From: Eledone cirrhosa
Lineage: Eukaryota
Reading direction: 5' to 3'
Assembly: GCA_964016885.1 (NCBI GenBank)
Contig: OZ024743.1
Span: 46,252,001-46,316,000 of the forward strand
DNA length: 64,000 bases
Each line of letters begins with the position of its first letter. The stretch's first letter is position 1. The position numbers and the translations under genes are program-made. Positions 53,881-64,000 of the stretch are shown here, in pieces. The notes below the pieces were generated by a model. The model was not told where the DNA came from. It searched no databases and saw nothing but the letters and a program-made list of their open reading frames with translations.

Positions 53881-54918
53881 TTATATATATATATATATAT
53901 ATATATGGTCGCGTACGTGCGTGTGATTAAATGTACATCTATGTATATATATGTGCTTCGTGTGTATGTATGCGCGCTTTTGTATGTATGTACGTATTTA
54001 TGTGCTTTTGTCTGTACGTATATATATATATATATTTCCAAATTGAAGGATGAGTATTTAAACTTTATTTTATTCTGAGTTAAGACTCTATTGGTTTTTT
54101 CCCTGGATTTCACAAAATATATGGATAAAATAGTCTTGATTTTTTTTAAATTGAGTTTGAATTATTTTCCCATATCTTACGTTAATTATTTTCCATTTTG
54201 ACGTTATAGTCACTTATATATTATGAAATACTGTTGGCTTCTTGCTCATATTAATTTTTCTATTTTCATTTATATATTTTTATATATATATATATATGTG
54301 CGGACGAACCTCTGTATGTTTTCTACTTTTTATTTGTTTTTCTAGTGTTACTTTATAATTGATAACCCCTCCCTCTTACTTTCTCTTTGATTTAATTTTT
54401 TTATTCTCATATATTTTTTCATTTTCATATTTTATATTTTTATATCTGAATCGACCTTCAGCCTGACACTGCTTTAACTGATACACTCCCTTCCCTGTAT
54501 ATATCACATACATGTATGTGGTTGCGCGTGTGTGTGTGTGTTTATACGCGTGCTTTCATACTTGTATGTGTATATATTTCAATCCTTAGTGCCTGAGTAT
54601 GTATGTACGCTAACTCTATTATCTTACAATTTCTTTTTCAACATATATTATATACGTATTTGTGGTCACACATACACTGATATGCTTGCCCTCATGTATG
54701 TACTTACACACATTTTTTTCACTATACACATTCATTTATACATTCACACATATGTACATTTGTAGGTGCATATACACACATTTATACACATACCCTTACT
54801 ATATTTCCTTATTTTATTTTTATATATCTCTTGCATTACTTTTATTTATATTTAATTTTTTGCCCGTTAAACTTTTGCCTTCCTTGAGAAGATTTTTCAA
54901 ACATTTCACTATGTTTTA

Positions 54919-54996
54919 AATTGCCTTGTCTGACGAACGAATGAGGGCGTTTCTTGTATTCGTCTTATTCTGGAAACCTCTGGTAATGAGGTAATT
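54919..54996 (+). ncRNA. Type I hammerhead ribozyme in the 3' pLTR
   Basis: 11-bp stem I AATTGCCTTGT/ATGAGGTAATT (with G-U pairs), CTGACGA, GAAA, ACC/GGT, GTA triplet (54985). Confidence 0.78.
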
Positions 54997-55127
54997 ATAT
55001 TGTATTGTTTATTATACATTGAATTTAGCTCTGTAACTTACATAGAGCACTCTTCACTCCTATGACTTTTTCAATTTTCAACGGAAACTTCAATACTTAT
55101 ATATATATATATATGTATATATACACA

Positions 55128-55212
<85 letters not shown>

Positions 55213-55300
55213 ACATACATACATACATATATATATATATACACCAGGATATATATTGGTAAACTCCAATATAACCATATATACATATATATATATATAT

Positions 55301-55485
55301 AGTTTTAATATAGATGAGATTCTACAGGACTATTTCATCATGATTTCTAAAGAAATCATCATGATTTCTAAAGAATGAAACAGTTCTAGTCCTGTAGAAT
55401 CTCATCTATATTAAAACTTTTATACTCTGCAATGTATTGAGTACCTTACTTACTGTGGTTACCTCCGATTCAACCCAGAATAACG
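55301..55485 (+). mobile_element. TA-flanked stub with a 32-bp inverted repeat (55301-55332 / 55387-55418)
   Basis: Perfect arms; internal tandem ATCATGATTTCTAAAGA; GAAAC..GTC resembles a hammerhead 3' half. Confidence 0.6.
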
Positions 55486-55609
55486 TATATATATATATAT
55501 ATGGTTATATACGGATGTTGTAGCTCTGATTCATATGAATCATCGAACGCTTGCCACATCTCGGAAGTTGTTTTTCGTTAATTCCTGAGCTGAAATACGA
55601 TTCTCGCTA

Positions 55610-55644
<35 letters not shown>

Positions 55645-55687
55645 TATGTTTGTGTTTGTGTGTATGTGTTTATACATATATATTATG

Positions 55688-55722
<35 letters not shown>

Positions 55723-55979
55723 ATACATACACATACATGCACACAAATACACACACAACTCACATATACATTTTTTGTCGAAATAATCCTTTTCTGGTGG
55801 ATTTTTGACAGGAATTCACTGACTAAAGCATTGCACTGTAATGAGATTCCTTTCTATTTGCTCCTGAGCGGAAACTAATTCTACAAAATTGAATATTAAT
55901 GAATGGATTCCAAAGAAATGGTAACTCTGTTGGCATGTGTTGATTCTATGTAACGAATTCCAATGAACACTGTTCAGTA

Positions 55980-55999
55980 AGATGATGATGATGGTGGTG

Positions 56000-56031
<32 letters not shown>

Positions 56032-56172
56032 TGTGGTCATGGTGGTGGTGGTCGTCGTCGTGGTGGTGGTCATGGTGGTGGTCGTCGTGGTGGTGGTCAT
56101 GGTGGTCATGGTGGTGGTGGTCGTGGTTATGATAATGGTGGTGATGGTAAATGTGGTGATGATGATGGTGGT

Positions 56173-56207
<35 letters not shown>

Positions 56208-56440
56208 TGGTGGTGGTGGTGGTGGCGGTGGTGGTGGTGGTGGTGGTGGTGGTGGCGGTGGCGGTGCTGGCGGTGGTGGCGGTGGTGGCAGTGGTGGTGG
56301 TGGTGGTGGTGGTGGTGGTGGTGGTGGTGGCGGTGGCGGTGCTGGCGGTGGTGGCGGTGGTGGTGGTGGTGGTGGTGGTGGTGGTGGTGGTGGTGGTGGT
56401 GGTGGTGGTGGTGGTGGTGGTGGTGGTGATGGTGGTGGTT
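55980..56440. repeat. (GGT)n/(GTC)n/(GAT)n trinucleotide microsatellite
   Basis: Direct inspection. Confidence 0.95.
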
Positions 56441-57381
56441 GTTAACTGGAACTTTATTTTATCGACCTCTGAAGGATAAAAGGCAAAATCGACTTCGGCA
56501 AAATTTGAACTCAGAACTAAAATGAACGTCCATAACTAAAACAACGAACTAGACACAATATTGGTAACTATTTGTTGGGTGCTGTAAATACTCTGCCAAT
56601 CCACCACCATTTGTCTTACATTATTATTAAGATTCTAATGTTAGATAGAGAAATAATCTTTTCTACTTTAGGCACAAGGCCAGTAATTATCCTAGTACGT
56701 TACTGGTACTTTATTTTATCGACCCCGTAAGGATGAAAGGCAAAGTTAACCTTATTGTCTTTCATCCTTCCAGGGTCTATAAAATAAAGTACCAGTCAAG
56801 TAGTGAGGACGATTTAATAGACATGCTCTTTACCAACAAAATTGCTGATCTTGTGCCTAAATCAAAAGTTATTATTATTACTATAAAGTACCAGTAATGT
56901 ACTATGGTCGGTTTAATCGACTTTCCCCTCCCCCAAATTACTGGCCTTGTGCCTATACTAGAAATCATTATTATTACTATGAAAGTTCAAAGGCCGTCGA
57001 GGTCAACTTTGTCTTTCACCATTCCGGGGACAATAAAATACCAGTAAGTACTGGATTTAAAGACTAAGCCCATCCTCACTAAATTGTTAAGTTATGGAAC
57101 ATAAATAAACAGTAAAAGCAAAACACACACGCGCGCGCGCAGCACACACGCACACACATACATACACACACACATTATATATTTAAGTAAAAGGGGCGGT
57201 GGATTGGCAGTATCGGTAGAGGGTAAGACGCCATTCTTTGACGCATAGAGTTACGGCCCTTTCCATTCTGAGCTCAAATCCCGCCGAGGTTAACTTTGCC
57301 TTTCATCCTTACGGGGTCGATAAAATAAAGTACCAGTAATGCACTGGGTAATTGTTGGCCTTGTGTCAAAAGTAGAAACAA
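56440..57381. mobile_element. Cluster of Meta-type SINE copies and fragments in both orientations; full copy at 57192-57381 (+)
   Basis: Repeated Meta-like domain matches. Confidence 0.75.
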
Positions 57382-58137
57382 TATTATATATTTAAGTAAA
57401 AGATGAAGACTTTAATATGACATCCGTTTGTTGCGCAATTCTGTTGTATAAACCATTGTACATTACCACAGCTGCGAGCAGAATTTTACAGAAACTGTCG
57501 TACTATGATCTATTAAATCTCTTCAAGGCGGTGTCCCAGCATGGCCGCAATCTAATAACTGAAACCACTAAAAGAAGATTATGCAAACTTCTTAATCATG
57601 CTGGCAACTATTCCATTTGACCTGCTCGTGATTTGATCTCATAACGCAGATTGCCAGAACAAATACTGCACAGCAGACGTTCTAACGACTCTACTAATTT
57701 GCCACCTATGTTTGTAGATTTATAATGTAGATTTATTGAAAAATATTGATTTTTATCAACTCTAGAAATGAAAAAAAGAGCATGTTGGCTTTAAATAAAA
57801 TATCAATTAGGTTTCCTACTGCTTTTTACCATCTCTACTACTAAATGATAGCAATCATTTCTTAGATAGTTATGGAAACGGCATTTTAGAGGTAGGATTC
57901 AGAAGATAATGACAATTACCATAATGAATTTAATGAGAATACAATGATAATTATAATTACTGATGTATTCCTTTATGATTTTTTTTTATTTCATGCTTTG
58001 ACTTTCATGCTTTGACTTTGCACTTTTATTTCAGATATAATAAATGTAGGTTTGTTTGTTATAATTTTATGAGGTTTTGGTTGGGGTTTTTATTTGTTAA
58101 ATAAATAATAACAAAAGCAACCTCATCAGCTAGAACG

Positions 58138-58500
58138 ATGACAACAACAACAATAACAACAACAACAACAATAGCAGCAATAATAAGAAGAACAACAACA
58201 ACAATGACAATAACCATAACAACACTAACAACAACAATGACAACAACAATAACAACAGTAACAACAATAACCATAACAACACTAACAACAACAACAACAA
58301 TAACAACAGTAACAACAATAACCATAACAACACTAACAACAACAATGACAACAACAACACTAACAACAACAACACTAACAACAACAACAATAACCATAAC
58401 AACATTAACAACAACAACACTAACAACAACAACACTAACAACAACAACAACACTAACAACAACAACAATAACAACAACGACAACAACAACAATAACAACT
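58138..58500. repeat. (AAC)n-derived minisatellite with a higher-order unit
   Basis: AATAACCATAACAACACTAACAACAACA recurs about four times. Confidence 0.9.
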
Positions 58501-58879
58501 ATTTATATCAATAGCTGTGAGAAAAGTTGATAAAAATAAAGAAAAGCAAAAGAAACGACTGAATAATTATTATTATTGATTAATTACTTGGAATGTTCCA
58601 GTATAGTAGTGTTGTTGTTGTGGTGATGGTGGTAGTGATGGTGGGGGTCGTGGTGGTGGTGGTGATGGGAGGTGATGGGGGGAGGTCATGGTGGTGCTGG
58701 TAGTGGGGTCATGGTGGTGGAGGTAGTGTGATGAGATCCTCGAGAGAAACCCACTGGTGACAAGATGTCCAATTAAATAATCTTTCCACTCAAGTAACAG
58801 AAATTTATAGTTAAATTGCCTTGTTATACAGCAGGCTATATACAATGGAGATATACAATGGAGATAGACAGATAGATAA

Positions 58880-58910
58880 TTTTCTTTTTATTTGCCACCA
58901 GGGCATACAA

Positions 58911-58996
<86 letters not shown>

Positions 58997-59725
58997 TTCT
59001 GTATTTGCCACAAGGGCGCACAAGAAAAGGGGACAATACAAGATACATGCCGGGGATTTTACATATAATCGTGTAAAAATATTATTGAAACAAACAAATT
59101 TAACAATGGAAATCCCCAATAGGGGGGAGGCGTTACAAATGGGTTGTTTAATACCCCGTAGATTGAACAACCCTCAACTTCAGGGGCGTGTTGTGCAAGT
59201 GCTCCTTTCCTCTTTTTGCTCTCATCTTCAACCTATAGGTTTATATACAGAGAAGGCTCAATCACTCGGGCCATTTTTGCTACATTCACCCACCTTTCAG
59301 TAAATTTACAGGAGTGCAGTGCCTCTCTCTCTACTCTGATTCTCCTTCTAAAGATAAATTTCTTTATTAGCCACAAGGGCACAAAAGAAGGGGACAAATA
59401 CAAATGGTGAGTTTACATACAGGTATATGAAAATAAAACTATTAATAAAATAACAAATAACAATTGAAATCCCCAATAGGGGGAGGCGTTACACAGGGGT
59501 TGTACACACCCCGAAAAAATGTACAACTCTCATCTCCAGGAGCACCAAGAGTGAGTACTCCCTTCCTCTCTTCCTCTTTTTCCTCAACCTTATATAAAGA
59601 GAAGGCCCAACCACTCGGGCCATCTTTGCCACATTCACCCACCTTTTATAAAATTTGCTGGGGTACAGCACCTCTCTCTCCATCCTGATTCTTCTTCCAA
59701 AATGATATTTGAAAAAACGAATCAG
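58880..59725 (-). mobile_element. Stack of short 3' fragments of Tx1-clade elements in (ATAG)n
   Basis: 3' ends GTGGC(A/T)AATA(A)AGAAA near 58880, 58996 and 59357; similar to 59756-60110. Confidence 0.85.
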
Positions 59726-59755
59726 AAAAAAAAAGATAGAACGATAGATAGATAG

Positions 59756-60947
59756 ATTTCTTTATTAGCCACAAGGGCGCAACAAGAAAGGGGACAATAC
59801 AAAGACATGCCGGGGATTTTACATACAGTCGTGTAAAAAATATAAAAACAAACAATTTCAACAATCGAAATCCCCAATAGGGGGGAGGCGCCACAAATGG
59901 GTTGTTTAATACCCCGTCGATAGAACAACCCTCAACTCGAGGAGCGTGTTGTGCAAGTGCTCCTTTCTTCCTTTTGCTCTCTTCCTCAACCTACAGGCTT
60001 ATAAACAGAGAAGGCCCAATCACTCGGGCCATTTTCGCTTCATTCACCCACCTTTCAGTAAATTTACTGGGGTGCAGTGCCTCTCTCTCCACCCTGATTC
60101 TCCTTCTAAAGTGATACTTAAAGAAGGGAATCAATTGTTGTCCGGAGAGAAAGGCATCTGTCCTCAGTCCTCTCAACCTCGTCCACCATATAACTTCTTT
60201 CACCATAGCCACCGTACAGAGGAAAACCGCCTCTCTTTCGTTTTTGAAAGAGTCTGGCGGTTTGATCCTTACTATGGACTCGGCAGTCAACTGTATTTGT
60301 CCCATACGCGACAGCAGTTGTTCTGCATAGTTCCACAGGTCGCTTACGCCCGGGCAGTGTACAATTTCGTGCAGAACTGTTTCAATGTCCTGCGCACATC
60401 TTGGACTCGTCCTCTTGGAAGGATCCCTGCCAGGGCGTCCGTGCCTGTAGATCTTGTCACGAACCGGTAGAGCTCCTCGGTAGCACTGCCAGGCCAGGGA
60501 CCTCTGGAAGTTGTCCATAGGTCCCGGGCGGAAAGTCCTACCAAACATACTGGTGAGCTCATCGTCTTCGACGCCCAGAGTCTCTCCGAGCACGTCGTCG
60601 CCCTTGTAACGTACAATCCCTCTATAGAATGTCGAAGTGAAGTCTCCACTGATTGCTGCGCCCGCTTGCCAGAGGACTGTGAGCGCCTGAGCGCATTCAA
60701 TGTGCCAGGCGCCCATCGTTTTCGGTCTTTTCTTCACCCAGGACTGCAGCTCCGTTAGCGAGACGAGCTGTGGGAAAGCCTGTCTCACAAACGGTGCCCA
60801 CACCGGTTGGGGGGTCGGTGAGGAATACCTGGAGATGCCGCAGCCTCAGCGCATGTTTGCGCATCATCAGCCACGGCATTCCCAGCCCTCCGTTGGAAGG
60901 GTGCTGACAGCAGACGGATCTCCTCACCAGCGGAGCCTGCTTCTTCC

Positions 60948-60948
<1 letters not shown>
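59756..60948 (-). mobile_element. 5'-truncated Tx1/L1-clade LINE (ORF2 C-terminus)
   Basis: GGLGMP, RSLAWQCYRGALPV, PRCAQDIETVLHEIVHC; flanked by (ATAG)n. Confidence 0.9.
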
Positions 60949-61021
<73 letters not shown>

Positions 61022-61022
<1 letters not shown>

Positions 61023-63195
61023 TATTTCTTTATTTGCCACAAGGGCGCACAAGAAAAGAGGACAATACGAAGACACATGCCGGGGATTTTACATACAGTC
61101 TGGTAAAAATATTGAAACAAACAATTATAACAATCGAAAACCCCAATAGGGGGGAAGCGCCACAAATGGGTTGTTTAATACCCCGTCGATAGAACAACTC
61201 TCAACTTCAGGAGCGTGTTGTGCAAGTTCTCCTTTCTTCCGTTTGCTCTCTTCTTTAACCTACAGGCTTATAAACAGAGAAGGCCCAATCACTCGGGCCA
61301 TTTTTGTTACATTCACCCACCTTTCAGTAAATTTACTGGAGTGCAGTGCCTCTCTCTCCACTCTGATTCTCCTTCTAACGTGATACTTAAAGAAGGGAGT
61401 CAATTGTTGTCCGGAGAGAAAGGCATCTGTCTTCAGTCCTCTCAATCTCGTCCACCATATAAGTTCTTTCAACCTTAACCACTGTACAGAGGAAAACCGC
61501 CTCTCTTTCGTTTTTGAAAGAGGCTGGAGGTTTGATCTTTACTATAGACTCGACAGTCAACTGGATTTTACCTATACGCGACAGCACTTGTTCTGCATAT
61601 TTCCACAGGTTGCTTACGCCCGGGCAGTGTACAATTTCGTGCAAGACGGTTTCAATATCCTGCTCGCATCTTGGACACGTCCTCTTGGGAGGATCCCTGC
61701 CGGGGCGTCCGTGCCTGTAGATCTTATCTCGAACGGGTAGAGCTCCTCGGTAGCACTGCCAGACCAGTGACCTTTGGAAGTTGTCCATAGGTCCCGGGCG
61801 GAAAGTCCTACTGAACAGACTGGTGAGCTCGTCGTCTTCGATGCCTAGAGTCTCCCCGAGCACGTCGTCGCACTTGTAAAGTACTAACCCTCTATAGAAA
61901 GTCGAAGTGGAGTCTCCACTGATTGCTATTCCCGCTTGACAGAGGACTGTGAGCGCCTGGGCGCATTCAATGTGCCAGGCGCCCATCTTCTTCGGTCTTC
62001 GCTTGACCCAGGACTGCAGCTCCGTCAGCGAGACAAGTTGTGGGAAGGCCTGTCTCACAAACGGTGCCCACGCCGGTTGGTAGGTGAGGAATACCTGGAG
62101 ATGCCGTAGCCTCAGCGCATATTTGCGCATCATTAGCCACGGCATGCCCAGCCCTCCGTTGGAAGGGTGTTTACAGCAGACGGATCTCCTCACTAGTGGA
62201 GCCTGCTTCTTTCACGGGAACTGGAAGAGCATGCATTCCATCTTGGTGAGGTATTCACGGGGACAAGGCACGACAGTCAAGCGGTAGTAGGTGACGGACG
62301 CTATGAAAGTGTTCGCCACCTCCGCTCGACCTTTCAAAGACAGTTTTCACTCTGCCCACTTCTGGGTGAGCGCAAATACCTTGGCCATGACCTCGTTCCA
62401 GTTTTTCTCCACCTGCAGGTCTGGACCGAACCAGACCCCGAGCAATTTCCCCGATCCTTCCGTCCAGCGTCCGATGACGCTATCGGACGGCATCGGTTTT
62501 CCTCTCCACGTTCCGAGTTGCAAACCGACAGACTTGTCCGGATTCAGTTTTGCTCCTGTGAACCTTTCGTATTCCTATAGTAGGTTGCCGATTACCTCGA
62601 TTTCCGAGGTTTTCCACACCATTACCGTCAAGTCGTCGGCATAAGCCGACGCTGCTTTTCGCAGTCCCGGTTCTAAACGGATGCCCTGCAAAAGCTCCAG
62701 CTTCCGCAGCAGTGGCTCTAGAGTCAATACGTACAGAATGGAGGAGAGAGGGCATCCCTGTCGAATAGAACGTGTGATTGCGAACGGCTCCGATAGGTAG
62801 CCGTTCACCTTGACCTTCGAGCTGATGCTGGTGTGCATCGCCTTGATCCAGCCTCTGAAAATGGGACCGAAACCGGCTGCCTTGAGAACCGCTTCCAAGT
62901 ATCGATGGTCGACCATATCGAATGCCTTAGATTGATCTAAATTGATCAGAGCCCCACCGGAGCCGCGTTTACACCCCACCCTCTCTATGATGTATCGCAT
63001 GAGGTGGAGGTTGTCGTGTATGGACACGTTTGCGCTTTCCCTACCAGGTTTTCGACGACAAGCGCCATCCTCGTTGCTAGCAACTTGGCCAAAATCTTTA
63101 ACTCTGTGTTGAGCAGAGTTATGGGCCTGAAACTGTTTATTTCGTCCCCCTTTTTCTCGTCTTTCTTGATCAGCGTTACTACGCCCTTGCCAGTA
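61022..63195 (-). mobile_element. 5'-truncated Tx1/L1-clade LINE (RT + C-terminal CCHC), frameshifted
   Basis: FRPITLLNTELKILAK, IHDNLHLMR, LDQSKAFDMVDH, RQGCPLS, AYADDL, CPRC..ETVLHEIVHC. Confidence 0.92.
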
Positions 63196-63675
63196 GATAT
63201 ATGGATAGATAGAGGGATAGTGGGCGAAGTGGGAAGAAGAGAGCGTTCCTTTAATCTGGCTTCAATGGACAGAGAAAGAAACAGGTGAATATAGACAGAG
63301 AGAGGGGGGGCGTTCCTATCATCTAGCTACAGTGGAGAGAGGCAGAGAGAGATGGAAAGAGAGGGAGAGAGGGGGAGATAGAAGGAGGGAGAGGGAGAGA
63401 GGGGGAGATAAAGAGCGGGAGGGTTCGGGAGGGGGGATGACCCTCTAATCTAATTCGGTTACATCAACTGGACATAATTGCTCGCTTGAGATTATGGCAG
63501 ATGTAGGGGGTTGTTTTTAGATTGGATTTTTTTTAAGTTAATGTTTGTGTTTACCTCACAAAAACGATGACATTCAATAAGGATTATTTGTGAATGGTTG
63601 GGTGAATGGAAGAGAGACATACATGCATACATGTATACACACATACATACATACATATATACCTACACACATACA

Positions 63676-63927
63676 TACCCATCATTATTGGAGCTACGGG
63701 TTATATACCAATCCGTTTGGACCAAAGTATGACTGAACTTGGATTTGCGGACAAAGAGCTCAGCTCCCTAATTCATAGTCTACAAATGGCTGCGATAGCT
63801 GGCACCTTCAAAATTTGCAAAACATTCTTGCGATTCAAGGGATGACAATTTATTTTCTTTTACAACCTTGACACCAGGAAGGTGGCCGGTCAAAAACATA
63901 TACTCGAAATTAAGAGAAAGAGATAAC
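63676..63927 (+). mobile_element. 3' stub of the R4 family at 712-4882, embedded in (CATA)n
   Basis: Near identical to 4634-4882; CATA-type repeats on both sides. Confidence 0.92.
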
Positions 63928-64000
63928 ATGCATACATACATAATACATACACACATAGATACACATATACACACATACATACACACATACATAATACATG

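Noticed and set aside
55810-55921. Plus-strand exon with good AG/GT sites
   Set aside because: Stops in all three frames and no supporting neighbouring exons.
55982-56479. Poly-Val ORF; also poly-Thr and poly-Leu ORFs at 58059-58530
   Set aside because: Trinucleotide microsatellite translations.

Overview
Eukaryotic, AT-rich, microsatellite-dense genomic DNA made almost entirely of mobile elements. The Meta/MESC-domain and CORE-domain tRNA-SINEs suggest an octopod cephalopod (inference). No intact host gene is recognisable; there are only a few speculative minus-strand exons. Contents: R4/Dong-clade RLE LINEs of at least three families (one near intact, 27505-30897), an RTE LINE with three C-terminal C2H2 fingers plus two internally deleted RTE derivatives, a tandem stack of Tx1/L1-clade copies and an ORF1-only Tx1 derivative, Penelope-like elements (Naiad-type, Neptune-type and many terminal stubs), a hAT MITE with an 8-bp TSD, a hAT transposase relic, tandem non-autonomous Helitrons and about 20 SINEs. 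Four observations stand out. (1) At least eight hammerhead-ribozyme folds at Penelope ends, several with non-canonical cores (U3-A8, A4, C4, extra stem-II domain). (2) Fold-back palindromes centred on the hammerhead stem-II hairpin, suggesting snap-back cDNA synthesis. (3) A covarying long-range 5'UTR-3'UTR RNA stem in two divergent RTE derivatives. (4) Apparent partitioning of retroelement families among different microsatellites (TAA, CATA, GATA, TA). All alignments and folds were done by eye and element boundaries are approximate.
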